64,000 nt of DNA from Dudresnaya verticillata (GCA_977862235.1 OZ374562.1:2232001-2296000), one strand, 5' to 3'; positions 45,349 through 58,612 are shown, counted from the first letter of the stretch. The notes: generated by a model from the sequence alone, not told the origin. Numbers and translations are program-made.

Positions 45349-45908
45349 TGTCTTAGAAGATACTCCACTGCGTGGGTGGTAGCTCGGTAAAAGGGGTTGG
45401 TAGAGACTTGATAGGGCTTAAAAGCCCTAAGAAGAGGGGAAAATGGAAGGCGAACCCAGCCGTGTAGAGCAGTTCGTCGTAGACGACGGGGCTTGTAGAC
45501 GTCCAAGGGGGTTTGTAGCGGTAGCACCGTAAGTATCCAAAAAGGGGAAAACCCAAGGCACAGACCGCTGCCGGTTTAGTGCCGGGCCCCTGCTACTCAG
45601 GGGCCCCATAAATACGGCGAGAGCCGAAAAGGTGCTACTCGCTCAGTTAGAGCTCTATTGCTAATACTTAGCTAATACTGTAGAATACAGGTATGATATG
45701 TCCTTAGATAGGAATGAGTGGTTAGGCCACAAGGCGAGCGCGGCGACACTGCCAGGCGCCGCGGGGCAAACATCCGCCAGCAATGCAGGGCGCGATGATA
45801 CGGTCATAGTTAGTCCCCAAATGGCATAGCGCCATCTCACCTGGAGCAGTGCGCCTTACAGCTTAAAGCTGTCCACGTCTTGCCTTACAGCGCAGGAGTG
45901 CTTCAGCA
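45349..45908 (-). mobile_element. Diverged LTR-like copy, inverted relative to 44688-45336; ends approximate
   Basis: Reverse-complement matches such as GGGCCCCTGAGTAGCAGGGGCCC, CGTCTACAAGCCC, GGGTTCGCCTTCC and CAAGTCTCTACCA. Confidence 0.65.
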
Positions 45909-46152
45909 ATTAAATCAATCTGTAAGCCAGCCATATCACCCGGGCGGTTGTGCGCCTGCCATTCCTTACAGAGGACTCGTGTCCACGTGGCTCCCTACAG
46001 GACGTCAACGCCCGTTGTACCCCACCATTCTACTACAATAACCTCGTTTATGTCATCGCACCGAAGGAGCAGGATATCCCGAAGTCGGCGCAGTATCCCA
46101 GGTCTACTTGTTTGTGCTCGAACCCTCGTGTAGTATCTCAATCTATCCTGGC

Positions 46153-46423
46153 TGTAATACAGTGAAGGGCTTACATAAGTGGGCCCTTTGCCCTCTTGTA
46201 TGCGCTGAAATAGCGTTACCTATAGGGCGCCAACAGGGACAAGACGGGTAGTCTATGATTGGTCCCAGTGTCACCCTGTAGGTCAGTAGCTTAGTATCTG
46301 TCTATCTATTTTAGAAATTATAGCTTAGGATAGGGGGCGTGTATACAGCCCAGTATGAGGGGTGCTGCCTGACAGTTCGAGTACCATATAAGGGTATCTC
46401 CCGTAGCGGTCACTGCACAGTAA
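46153..46423 (+). repeat. LTR-like repeat fragment with an inverted diverged copy at 57838-58093
   Basis: Shared blocks (as reverse complement) CGGGAGATACCCTT, CTCATACTGGGC, CCCCTATCCTAAGCTATAAT, ATAGACAGATACT. Confidence 0.7.
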
Positions 46424-46480
46424 AGGGAAGCACCTTCCGGCCCCAACTACATCTCCAAGCTATCGGCCCCGCAGAACACC

Positions 46481-46604
46481 TGTCACCCGTGCCCGGTTAA
46501 CCGCCCGCCCAGTGAACTACCTTCAGTATCGTGCTTCCAATCAGGTTACGTACCCTCATCTACCCTCTGGGTTCCTTCCGCGCTACCACCGCTACCAGGT
46601 ACCC
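46481..46604 (+). repeat. LTR fragment; second copy at 55240-55288 plus 56131-56204
   Basis: GTCACCCGTGCCCGGTTAACCGCC..CTTCAGTATCGTGCTTCCAAT..CCCTCATCTACCCTCTGGGTTCC is present at both sites. This copy is the empty-site equivalent for the 55289 insertion. Confidence 0.75.
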
Positions 46605-46608
46605 AATC

Positions 46609-47243
46609 TGTGGCTTTCTCATTGAGTGCACTCTTTGCGTTCATGTAGCACAACGGGTCCAGCCAGGAAGAGCAAGGAAACCAAAGGACACCTGTCCGGA
46701 ACCGTCGTGCCCACGGGTAGCTCGGGTGTGGTAGAGGCTTGGTAGAATGGCACGAGGCCAGGGAAAAGGAAAAAGGAAAACGGGGACGCGACCCGGCATT
46801 CCGCAGGGAACCTGCCGTACGGTGACGAGCCTGTAGTTGGCGTCCAGAAAGGTAACGGGAAGCGCCCGGATTACAGAGAATGGTCAAGACCGAGAACATC
46901 CCCGTAAGGGTCATTCAGGGGTGCCCTGCTATTCAGGGGACCAATAAATAGGTTTTGGTGCCCGTGCTAATACTAGCTAATACAGTGTACTGTACACAAA
47001 TTGCATTGAGCAATGGGAGGCGGATTCACGCCCCTGGGGTGGCGTATAATCGGGAAATATCCCAGCGCCACACCAATGATCATGCATCAATTGCGCGTCT
47101 GAGGCGCAGGTGGTTTCGCGTCAGGCGCCTATCACCTGTCGCATCCTGGCGAAGCCCAGAAATGACAGCGTCTTACAGGGCATTGGTCCGTTACGACTTA
47201 CAGCGTAGTACGCCCACTTGGTGCAAATCGCCGTTGTGCCACA
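46609..47243 (-). mobile_element. LTR (TGTGGC..GCCACA) with no matching TSD
   Basis: 6-bp terminal inverted repeat. Shares CAGGGG..ATAAATA and CTAATACT.AGCTAATAC motifs with 45349-45908. Confidence 0.6.
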
Positions 47244-47276
47244 GTTCACAAGAGACCTAAAAGGTGCTTCCTTACA

Positions 47277-50200
47277 TCTGGTCTCCCGCCCTAGAACCAT
47301 CAAGGTTGGTGAGCCGTTAAGAGGACGACGAATATCGTAACCCAATTGGATATTAAAGAAAGTCAACCCACCAAGGCTCCTGTTACTCCAAGATATCAAC
47401 TCACTCTCAAAGTAGTTCCCGTCGTGGTCAGAAGGCAGAGCAGACCCCATTGGTCCCCCAGTTGAGGACCCGGAGTCTTTACTCCACCCTCCGAGAACTA
47501 CTGGATTAGAACAAGTGGAACCGCCTGGTCAAGCATCCGCAAATCCCGTAACTGGTAAACCCTCAGTAGGTCCTTCGAAAGAAGTCGCAAGACAACTCCC
47601 ACTACATTCCAACCGTAACCATTGGGTCAATACTGATCTGATGCCCCGTCTGATCAACTGGCTACATGACGACTTGACCCTTCGGTTACCGCAAACAGTT
47701 GAACCACCACACTTTCTAGAATAACAAGGTCCAAGGACACTCTCAGAGTTTGCCGCCACGGGTACTGGCAAGGTAGTCCAGTCATGGACCACCCAGCCGG
47801 ACAGTAGTCCAATCTATGGGACGCTTACCGAAATGGTTCCCCCGTTGGTTGCTCAGTCTCTCGAGGCTTTTGGGAAAGCAGCGGACCCTTCAACTGGACC
47901 AAATTCTATACCCACAGGGGAAACCAAAGTGGAAAATAAGGAGGATAATGTCGTCCCTCCTGGCATCGTTCTATCAACCGAAACTGGTGATACAAATAAG
48001 AAACCCGAAGGGGTTTGTCGGACTCCGAAGGTAGTAAGAGTAACCGACACGGATCTGCGTCCAAGAAGTCCAAAAAGAAGAATAAGGACAAACAAAATAA
48101 AGACAAGAAGAAGCATTAATCATCTGAGTATGACTTATCGTCAGCTCCCTCAGATGGTTCAAGTTCGGATGATTCATCCGATGATGACCGGCGGCGCCGT
48201 CGCCGGTCGTCTAAACCTACAAGGGTCAGGAGGATTAAACCCCTCAATGACCTATTTACCAGAGTGGTTAGCTTTCAAAGTTACCGATTGGATAACCGCT
48301 CAATGCTTTACTCCTCGAGAATCTCTCGGAAAGTAAATACCTACTATAAGAGGATGGCTATTCAGATGCCACCCTCTCGTTTCTCGGAGGTAGACCCGAT
48401 TAACATTTTGGGTTTCCTTGCAATGTCCAAGGATTCCTGTAATCAAAATGATGTTCACGAAGGAGCAGCCGTTTGGTTATTACAATACTTTATGGCAGGA
48501 ACCGCCAGGGACAACCTTCAGGCGAGGCTACAGACAAGAACCAGTATGGTCGTCGACTCCGAAAATAAGGGAGATTTGTTAAGAACGTACCCCGAAGTGG
48601 TTAATTACCTTTTGAAAACTTATGCCACCGATGAGGTTATTGCGCGAGCCTATGCTGACGTGATCTCTTTGCGACAAGCAGAAGGAAAAACGGAACGGGA
48701 CTTCGCAGAGTTAGTGAGAGCCAGAGCTCGCCGATGCGGATCGGTGTTTACAGAACACCGCCTCAAGGCGATCTTTGTTGATGGGCTCCTCCCGAGTATC
48801 CGTGCACCGGTTCGTAACCGGATGGCTTCTTCAAAGCCTTTGTCCTATACCCAGATTACACAATATGCACAAGACCTTGGGGAATCTCATAGGAGTACAC
48901 GTGGGACGACAAACCTAAAGGGAAAAAGGGGAGCAATCCCCGTCGCCGCGGTTAGCTTCGAGAAGCCACCGTCTCACTCCGTGAGTACGTCGACTGCTAC
49001 CTCCGAGGGTTTACCAGGAATGGAAGAATTCATGAGGAGGAGATTTTCCAACTCGATGAAGACTTATCCAACCCGTCTATGGCCCCCCCGTCTTCAATAA
49101 CCACAGTGGGATCCCGAGATGGTGCGCGGATACGAGCATGCAGGATCTGTGCGAATCTGGACCATATGGCACATGAATGCCCATTGGTAACCCCCGTTGT
49201 TCGCGCTGGCATAATTGCTTCCAGAAGACAGAACCTCTATGGGATAGCCCGAGCCCGAGCCTTGCAAGGTAATCGACAAGGTAACCCCGGGGCCTCCTCC
49301 TCAACAGGTCATCCGGGCCCTCCCCAGGCTAGACGCACGGTATGACCTTCAGTGGAGCCCTCAAAGGCAGTTCAAGGAGTTACCAATGCGAAAAACGTGG
49401 AGGAGGAGGCATAACGACGCCTGCCCTTCCCCAAATATGCGCCTGCCAGAACCTGTGTTGCCACCCGATACTATGGATAACCCCGAGTGTGGTGCAAGGG
49501 GAGGTGAGCCCTTTTCGCTGAAAGCGGGCGGACCAATTACGTCGACCGACGGAGAAACCGCCACCGGCGCTCACCACCGCCGTTGGCGCGCGAACACGTC
49601 ATCGACGGCTCACTGGGGCGCGCGCGCACACTGCGCGCCGCGCGCCACGCGGGCACTGTACGGTGATGGCCCGACGTGGCGCCCCGGGCACTGTAATACG
49701 GATCCAGATGGGATCCGGATCCGGTATCCAGATTGGCTATCCGGATCGCCTAAGCTGTAAGATACGCGCCTGTAAGGCTGCGGGTATTCGCATTGCTGGC
49801 CGGATCCGGATGGGATCGGGATCGGACAAGTATCGGATTAGATCTAATGCGCACGCTCTACAGTGCGCGCGCACGCACGGCTGTAAGGCCCACGCGTCCA
49901 CGTGTGTGTAAGCACCCATACAGGGGATTGCACGGCAACCTGTCAGGCGCGCGGCTGCATGCAATCGGTGATCTGTCAGACGCGCCTCGGGACGACACGT
50001 GTCCCGAGTTCCCGCGCTACGCACACGCACCGCCGTCGCCGCACCGCCGTACTATACTTAGGCAAGCCGTCCCAGACGTAACAGTAAACGCCCGGGCAAG
50101 CCGGCCTTGGTCCAGACTTCCCCGTTCCGCACGCGTATCCTACCGCTGCCTACGGCTAAGCGTCTACCTCCCGTGCTTCCACGTCTACCATCGTCCTTGA

Positions 50201-52406
50201 CGTGTTCCCTTTCTGTTTCCTTTTCCCTTCCTTCACACCTTCCGCCTCGGGCGTCTACAGTCCGCCCAAGGCGTGTTCCTTTGCTCTACCACCAAGTCGC
50301 CCACGGCGGGACCACCTCTCGCCAAGGGCGCAGCTACCCACCGAGCCCCGAACTGCTCGGCGGTCTCTCGTCTCAGACGTTTTGCACCACACCAAGGGTG
50401 ATGAATATGATGAAGTATGTTTACTTAAGAAGCAAAACTACAAAGTGGATATCGTTAGGGGTCTGGTCATCTCAGATGATATCCGCAAGGGGCGTGATTG
50501 ATTCTGGCGCCGGACCCAATCTGGTTCATGTTAAAATGTTACGTAATGGTTGGGAAAAGCGAGCCAAACCCTATAAGGAAACCACTCGCATCGTCGATGC
50601 TTCTAATAATCGAATATCACCTCTACATCCGTGTCGGTCATCTCTACGCGAAGACCCATTTTCTTGTTGTTGCTAATATGCCTGCCGAAGTTATACTCGG
50701 TACAGCCTTCATCGATCGACATATCACAGACATCATGCCTGGACCCCGAAGGTTACTCTTGAAGGATTCTCCAGCAGTACCTATCCTCAGTGTTTCCATG
50801 AGAGGAAGTACTGTTACCGACGATAAAAAACCAACGGTTTCTACGAAAGTGAGATTGGCCAAAGACTGGGTCATACGTCCAAGGTCACGCTCGTTTGTGC
50901 CGGTATGAACAAGCGCATCTGGATTATGCCTAGTTCGTAATACCCCACGGTCACTACACAAGTCGGTAACCATAATGGCAAACGGTATCAGGGATATCCT
51001 TCCGATGGGAGTTTTTCCTGTACTAATGACCATTTTTGGTGATCGCCTTGCTCGACTAAAAACATCTCAAGTAGTGGGCCATGCGTTACCAAGACCTGAT
51101 CAGGTTTTGAGTATTGGTACTCTACAAGAAGATAGGAAGTCGGATACCCAGGAGGAGAAGTCAAAAGCGGAACCCAGTTGGGAAGACACTGTCCATATAG
51201 GTGCCGAAGACAGTGCTACCCGATCCGAAATTATGAAAATGCTTCAAGAGTATCAAGGAATGTAGTCAGGCCAACTGGGTACCATTAAGGCCATTCAGCA
51301 CAGGATTGAGTTGATGGAAGGGGAAAACCATTTATCAACACCCTTATAGGACGGCCCTAAAGCTCGAGAAGCTGAAAAGACGGAAGTACAACGAATGTTA
51401 CACGAAGGCGTTATTGAACCCTCTGGGGCAGAATGGGCCAGCCCTGTGGTCCTTGTTTCGAAGCCTGATGGGTCTTTGCGTTTTTGCGTCGACTATTGCC
51501 GGCTGAATAGTATTATTCGGAGAGATTCACATCCGTTACCTCGAATGGACGAATGTATTGACTCACTGGGAGATGCTAAGGTATTTACGACGCTCGACTG
51601 TATTAGTGGCTATATGGCAAGTTGAATGCGATCCCGAAGATCGCGATAAGACGGCGTTCACTTGCCAAGAAGGGTTATACCGCTTTATCAGGACGTCATT
51701 TGGTCTCAAGAATGCGCCCGCCACATTCCAATGAGCAGTCGACATTATACTGTCCCGATGCAAGTGCCAATACGCTTTGGTTTATCTCGATGACGTTATC
51801 GTTTACTCTCGTAGTATCCAGAACCACTTCCACCATTTACGTAATATACTCGGTCTACTCCGAACCGCTGGGGTTTCTCTTAAGTTGTCTAAGTGCAAGT
51901 TTTTCGAAGCTTCCGTCGATTACCTCGGACATGCATACGTCCCGTAAAGCTTGAGGTAGCCTCCAAGAACGTTACCGCCCTACGACAGGCGAAACCTCCC
52001 ACGGATCAAACCGAGTTAAGGTCATTTCTTGGGGTATGTAACATCTATCGTCATTTCGTCCCCAATTATGCACGGATTGCGTCTCCCCTCTCCAGGAAAC
52101 TTCGAAAGGATCAACCCTTCACTATTGAGTCACCGGCAGAGGACGAGTACGACGCCTTCGACGATCTCAGGCGTCGTCTTTTAACGGCACCCATATTGGC
52201 TTTACCTCCAAAGGGATTACGCTATTACGTTGACACCGATGCGTGCGAACCTTCAGGTTGTCTGTTGCTTGCTTCAAGAAAACGAACAAGGGGACAAGCT
52301 ACCTATTGGTTATTAAAGTCGCACACTTACTTCCGCAGAGTGTAACTATTCGGCCACCGAACGGGAATGTCTCGCCGTACTATGGAGTCTTTTAATCGTC
52401 CCGTAG
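47277..52406 (+). mobile_element. Decayed Ty3/Gypsy internal region (gag-protease-RT-partial RNase H; integrase absent)
   Basis: gag with CRICANLDHMAHEC knuckle (~49140), protease IDSGAGPNL (~50500), RT WASPVVLVSKPDGSLRFCVDY and YLDD, ELRSFLGVCNIYR, RNase H VDTDAC and NYSATERECLAV. Many stops and frameshifts. Confidence 0.9.
49488..50391 (+). mobile_element. Solo LTR (904 bp) inserted between gag and protease
   Basis: TGTGGTGCAA..TTGCACCACA perfect 10-bp inverted ends. TSD CCGAG/CCAAG with one mismatch. Same family as 62901-63804. Confidence 0.88.
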
Positions 52407-52559
52407 CGGAGGTGCTTGTTGCTGCTGTCCTCTTCCATCTTGGGCATTATTTCCGTATGGTGAACGATTTTCGGGGTTGAAGAGTACGGGGTTGAAAAGG
52501 TAACCCCCGTACTCGTTCTAGTAGCGGCACCGTGGCCTCCTTCGACTGCTAACACTTGT

Positions 52560-54389
52560 TCATCCATAGCGGAAAGATTTCCTTGCGGCTCGTTGAGTGC
52601 ATTCGATACGGAATCCGGCGACAACACCTTAGACGGGCGAGCTTTCGTGCGTCCATCAAAGATGTGTACCGGAACGTGTTGACATCTTGCTGCCCGATGG
52701 GATTGGCTCAAGCCAGTCGCATAACGAGTGATGCCTCGGTAGTCCAGCTGGGAATGTGTCGCCAGATAATTTCACATCTGTTGACGCGTCCCAGGTAGGA
52801 GCCCCTCAACGAACAGTGACTTCAATGCCCGGTCGGAAAATACGGTACCACAACGGAGAGCCTTTGTCCAGAGTTGGTTAGAGAATTGCTCTTCCGCCAT
52901 GGCGGATGTTTGCCTGAAGTTGCTGACATCCGTATAGGCTTCAGTGATCACTTCATCCGTAGCGTAAGTCCTCAGTAGGAAATTCACCACTTCGGAGTAG
53001 GATCAAAGCATCTCAGCCTGCTCCACATCAACCGCCATGGCACCTCCAGCAAGCCTAGCCTATAGAAGGGCTTCGGCCTGTCCTTTAAAGAAAGACTGGA
53101 AGCACCAGACGGTAACCCCTTCGGCAATGCCATTAATGTTATAACTGTCACGGAACTTGGCGAGAAAACCCAAAACGCTAATAGGGTCCGTCCCATCCAA
53201 TATATGGGACGACATCTGGACGTCGATTTGCTTCCATATAAGGCTCATGTTTTGTGAGAACTTAGATATGTAGTCTTACCCCTCCTATCCAATCGGTAAG
53301 TGCTGTAGTCCAGCGCCTTGACAAACTTGTCATGTAGCAGCCCGATTTCCTTCACCTTTCCGGATTTGGCACCGTGTTTTCTGGCCCGTTGCCTGTTCTC
53401 TCTATCCGTTACGGAAGAACTCTCTGAGTCTGAATCCGTAGAGGAAGAGGAGTCATGCCTTTTTTCGCGCTTCCGCGATCTTCTGTTGCGTCTCTTTCTG
53501 CGGCTGTGTTGGCTATCCTCTGAGCTGCTCTCATTAGATTCGTTGCCGGATTGATTGTGACGTCGCTGTGTGTGGGCGACCATGTGCGACCGACGGGGCG
53601 GGTCAGAGCGGGATCGGATGGGTGAGCTGGACGCATCGCTGAGATGGTCTCTGCCTCCACCTGATCGAACCGGAACGGTATAGCGCTCTTGCGGATAGGG
53701 CCCTGGCGAAGGCACATTTACGTGTCCAGGAGAATACCGTAACGGTGGCTGAGTGTGTTTTGGTCCCATAGGGGCGTATTGACGTTGAGAATCCGTCACG
53801 GGAGCCGGTGGCAGTGGCCCAGAGGGTACTGTACCCAGCTGTAATCCCATAACAAGGGTTGTTGCGGCTGCTGCATTCTTCCCTCGACCGGGAAGTCATT
53901 CCGTAACGGTGGTTGCTCAGTGAAAGCTTCCGTAGCGGGAGGCCTTGCCATGCCGGGAGCAATCTGTCTCTCGAGCTCGGCGGCCACCTTTTCCTGTAGG
54001 ATCAGAGCTTGCACTATCCGAGGAAGGTGCTGCTCCAGATAGGAATTAACCAAAGACGGAACGGTTTCCGAGAGGGATATCTCCACCACTTTCACCACTC
54101 CAGGTTGTACTTCCAATCGGGGATGCTCTAACACCCTAAGAAGGACCTCCGACAGGACCCAATGAACCCGATGGGATTCCGGCTTGGGTTGCGGAGCTGC
54201 CTTCTTCGAGGCATCTGATCCGACACGGGAACGGGGAGCTTTACCAGCAGCACCCTTAAGGATGTCTTCTGGGTTCTCCACTCCGGAACGGATTTGACCT
54301 TCTTCACTGCGCCCGCTGCGCGCAGCGGGGGTAGTGTCACCCGCTTTCAGTTCCGTAACGGGAGCGTCTTTGTGTTCTTCTTTCTGCAT
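52560..54389 (-). pseudogene. Decayed Gypsy gag of a second, antisense element
   Basis: VNFLLRTYATDEVITEAY, DPISVLGFLAKFRDS and YRLDRR align with the plus-strand gag (VNYLLKTYATDEVIARAY, DPINILGFLAMSKDS, YRLDNR). Confidence 0.82.
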
Positions 54390-54537
54390 GATATCTTAAC
54401 GCAACACAACGGTTGTTCTTGCTTCTCTATCCAATATTCCGTAACGGATTGTCGGTACAGCCGAATTCCTACCGTAGCGGATTTCAACGGCTGTTTCTTC
54501 CAACCGTGACGGCGTTCTAGGTCGGGAGACTAAAAGA

Positions 54538-55232
54538 TGTGGTGTAGTGAAAACCCACGAACTTCGTAACGGACAGTTGGCCTGACTTTCCTTAACGGGA
54601 CGAGAGCGACACTACCTCCACGGGGTGGTAGAGCAGTTCGAACCGGGACGGGAGAACAGCGAGCGGCTAACCGAAACGGATATTGGGAAGCAACAGAAAA
54701 GGGGGTGGTACAAGTGCCGGGACGGACTCCGTAACGGTGGTGGAGGTAGACCGCAACGGGCTCGGCGCGGGGGAAACCGTAAAGGAAATAGCTATAGTGG
54801 GATTGAGGCTCAAGGGTTGCTTGCCCGTTTACCTTAGGATCCGCTGCGGTATCGCCCTGATATTCAAGTCAGGGTGGCACCGAGCGGTTCCGTCCGTATG
54901 GGTCAGACCTTAAGGGTCTGGACCCGTGGTGGAATCGGCCCTGCTGGTCCCAATCTCCGACACGGACATGCGCATCTTCTCATTGGCTGGCGCACTACTC
55001 TACACACTGTACAGATACTCACGAAAAAATAAAGAATAAATACTAGAAATACTCCGCTTCGGTTGTTGCGCTCCACTTACGGTACAGCAATGCGTACCAA
55101 CGCACAGTAATGCGCACAACGCCGACACGGTTCCGCGTTGCCAGATCATCAGCGTGGCGTATTGCCACATCATCCGCTACGGTTGGCTCGCCGTCGGCGC
55201 ACCGCACGCGCGCTAAGGCTCACTTCACCACA
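54538..55232 (-). mobile_element. 5' LTR of the antisense Gypsy element (~695 bp)
   Basis: TGTGGTG..CACCACA ends. Directly precedes the leader and gag on the minus strand. Further copies at 56228 and 57010. Confidence 0.8.
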
Positions 55233-55288
55233 CACACTCGTCACCCGTGCCCGGTTAACCGCCAGCCCAGTGACCTACCTTCAGTATC

Positions 55289-56125
55289 TGTGGTATAGCT
55301 GTAAGACCAGCTGTGCCACGCACGCGCAGCTGTAAGACCAGCCGCGCCACGTGTTCACCGCTGTGCGCACGCTGTCAGCCGGTGGCGCCGAAGCCCCGCT
55401 GAACTATAAGGAAGTGCGCAGTGGCGCCCGCGCGTGCACGTGTACGCGTGTGACACTGAAACTCCATGTAATTTCTATGTTTACTATTGTGTAGTGTACA
55501 GAACCGTCTAGTGTAAGCGGCGGTCGAACGCCCTGCTGTCCCGCGCGCCGTGCACATGCACTCCGGCGTAGAGCCGTTGAGTGCGTGACACGCGCGCGCG
55601 TACTCCGGCGTCGAGCCGTTGAGTACGTGTGGACCGTTTCTCCCACGCGCGCCCCCGGGTGACCGTTACCCGTACGCGGCGATGCGTGTCGAGGCGCGCC
55701 GGCCCACCTCCCGGGTTGGTGCCGCCGCAGGCCCTGTAGTATATTTAGTAGTCGCCCCTCTGGGCTTGAGTAAACAAGGCAAGCCAGCCTACGCCAGACT
55801 TGCCCCTTTCTGCTTTGCGTTTCTTTCCCAGTCCTTCGCCCTACGGCTTCCCTCTTTCCCTAGCCGCCTAGGCTTTCCTTTTCCTTTCCCTACCATCGGC
55901 TTCGTACCGCCCCACGACGGGGACGCAGGGATCCGGCCGCTACCACCCGCGTACGGTACGCCCCGAGCGTGCTCAGGCTTCGACGCCGTTGATCCGCGAC
56001 CGTCGACGGCGCGGCGCGGCCGACACCCCCGCTCTACCACCACCGCTACCACCCTTCGACGGGTCTGGGTGCGACTATGAGACCAGCCGTGTTAGACGTC
56101 AGTTCGACCTGAAGTCTATGCCACA
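55289..56125 (+). mobile_element. Solo LTR (837 bp)
   Basis: TGTGGTATAG..CTATGCCACA ends with perfect 5-bp TSD GTATC (55284-55288 and 56126-56130). Uninterrupted homologous site near 46526. Confidence 0.9.
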
Positions 56126-56227
56126 GTATCGTGCTTCCAATTAGGGTACGTGCCCTCATCTACCCTCTGGGTTCCTCCCGCTCTACCACCGTTACCAGGC
56201 ACCCGCTAAGCCATCGGCACCGGCGCA

Positions 56228-56909
56228 TGTGGTGTAGTGAAAACCCACGCGATTCCGTAACGGACAGCTGGTCTCACTTTCATTTACGGGACGAGAGCGA
56301 CACTCCACGGGGTGGTAGAGCAATTCACACCGACAGGGAGAACAGCGAACGGCTAACCGAAACGGATATTGGGAAGCAATAGACAAGGGGGTGGTACAAG
56401 TTCCGGGACGGACTCCGTAACGGTGGTGGTGGTAGAATGCAACGAGCTCGGCGCGGGGAAACAGTAAAGGAAAGAGCTACAGTGGGATTGAGGCTCAAGG
56501 GTTGCTTGCCCGTTTACCCTAGGATCCTTGCGGTGCCGCCTGATATACAAGTCAGGGTGGCGCCGAGGGGTCCGGTACGTGTGGGTCAGACCCTAAAGGT
56601 CTGGACCCGTGGTGGAATCGGCCCTACTGGTCCCAATCTCCGATACGGACATGAGCAGCATTCTGATTGGCTGACGCCCTACTCTATACACAGTACAGAT
56701 GTTCATTGAAAGTAAAGAATAAATAGTAAAAATACTCCGCTACGGTTGGTGCGCTCCACTTACAGTACGGCAATGCGTACAAGTGCACAGTAATAAGAAC
56801 ACAGCCGACACGGTTACACGTGGCCAGATCATCAGCGTGGCGTATTGCCACATCATCCGTTACGGTTGGCTCGGAGCAGCGCAGGCGCGCCACGGTTCAC
56901 TTCGCCACA
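56228..56909 (-). mobile_element. LTR copy (family of 54538-55232)
   Basis: Colinear diverged direct copy TGTGGTGTAGTGAAAACCCACG..CACTTCGCCACA. No TSD. Confidence 0.85.
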
Positions 56910-57009
56910 GTTTTCCCTTAGGCTACGAGGCCACACGTTTGGCTCCGAGGCCATCCCTTACAGTGCGAGAGTTCACCGCGTCTCCGTGGACAATTGCCAT
57001 AACACAGTC

Positions 57010-57672
57010 TGTGGTGAAGTGAGCCGTGTTGCGCATCCAGCGTGCCGAAGGCGATCAAACCGTAACGGATGATGTTGCAACGCGCCACGCTGAGGATTTG
57101 GCAACTTGTAACCGTGTCAGTGTTGTGTGCATTACTGTAAGCTGGTAATCATTGTTGTACTGTAAGTGGAGCGCACCAACCGTAACGGAGTATTTAAGTA
57201 TTCTTTACTTATATTTAGTGAGTCTGTGTACACTGTGTAGAGTAGTACGTCAGACAATGCGAATGCTGGGCAAATCCGTGTAAGAGCTTGGGACCAGCAG
57301 GGCCGGTACAACCAACGCTCCGGACCACTAGGGTCTTGCCCACACGGACCGGACCGTTCGGTGCCAACCTGACTTGTATGTCAGGGCGGCACCGCAGCAG
57401 CTCGTCAGGTATACGGGCAAGCAACCATTGGGCCTCAATCCCGCTCTAGATCTTTCCTCTACGGTTTACCCGAGCCAAAGCCGTTGCAGGCTAGTAAAAC
57501 CACCGGTAAGGGGTCCGTTCGGGCATTTCTAACACCCACTTGTCTGTTGCTTGCCAATATCCGTCTCGTTTGGCCGCTCGGTTTTCTCCCTGTCGGTGCG
57601 AGCTGCTCTACCACCCTGCGGAGGGAGTATGGCTCTTGTCCGTGAAGGAAGGCAAGGCCAGCTGCCCGTTAC
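57010..57672 (+). mobile_element. More diverged inverted LTR copy of the same family, 3' end lost
   Basis: Starts TGTGGTGAAGTGAGCC, the reverse complement of the 55217-55232 end. Colinear motifs AAGTGGAGCGCACCAACCGTA and ACGGGCAAGCAACC. Confidence 0.8.
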
Positions 57673-57837
57673 AGTGGAACTTTGATTTCCAATAGCGGGA
57701 GAACGTAATGCGTCTATTTTAGTTATGTTTTGGTGCTTCCTATGTCGGGAAACATAGAATATATTGCGTAACGGGATTATGCATTTATCGGTCATTCAAT
57801 TATCGCGAGTTGATTGTACCACAGAAGATTCTTACCT

Positions 57838-58093
57838 TTACAGTGCACTGAGAGTTCCGGGAGATACCCTTGTATGGTATTCCGAGGATTGCGTAGAACC
57901 ACTCATACTGGGCAGTATGCACGCCCCTATCCTAAGCTATAATGCCTAAAACAAATAGACAGATACTTAACTACTGACCAACGGAGTGAAACCTGGACCA
58001 ATCATTGGCCGCCAGTTTTGTCCCTGCTGGTGACTCATAGTGCGCACACACGTGGGTAGAGTATCCACTTCTGTAAGCTCTTTACTGTATTAC
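57838..58093 (-). repeat. Inverted diverged copy of 46153-46423
   Basis: Same shared blocks as listed for 46153-46423. Confidence 0.7.
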
Positions 58094-58612
58094 GCGCACC
58101 CGTTCCGCCCCCTTCCTAGAATGTTTATGCCCCGACTCGGACTATCGGGATGGGGAATGGGTAGTAATATTTGCTACAAACCGTGACGGGTGGGGGTGCG
58201 CCTCTTTGTGCTGTCACAGTGAACCACTCTGACTTCCGAGGTCTTCTTCCAACAACAGTGCAATCAGGTCGATACCCACAAAGCTGTTTTGAGTAAAGAT
58301 GGTTTCCCCGGTCCCCCTTGCGCAGAACTTGCATGACATAGCCTCTGGAGCTTGGCAGGTGCGCAGGTATCTTACTTTCCGCAGGCCTCACAGATTACTC
58401 TTTGGCGAATTGTCGTCGTTACTGAACCGCACGGAGATTGAAGACGTGTTAAACAGAGTACTCAAGACAGGAAAGGCAAAGAACCAAACAGAACCACTGT
58501 TTTTGACATTCTTGAAGCATATCGATGAGCTTGTTGTGTCTGTCCAGCCCTTGGACTTGGCGATTTCCAACTACGGACACAGACTTCAGGTAAAGAGAGA
58601 GTGAGCTGAAGA

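Noticed and set aside
58125..58610. Possible gag remnant on the minus strand (EIAKSKGWTD..)
   Set aside because: Too degraded to assign by eye.
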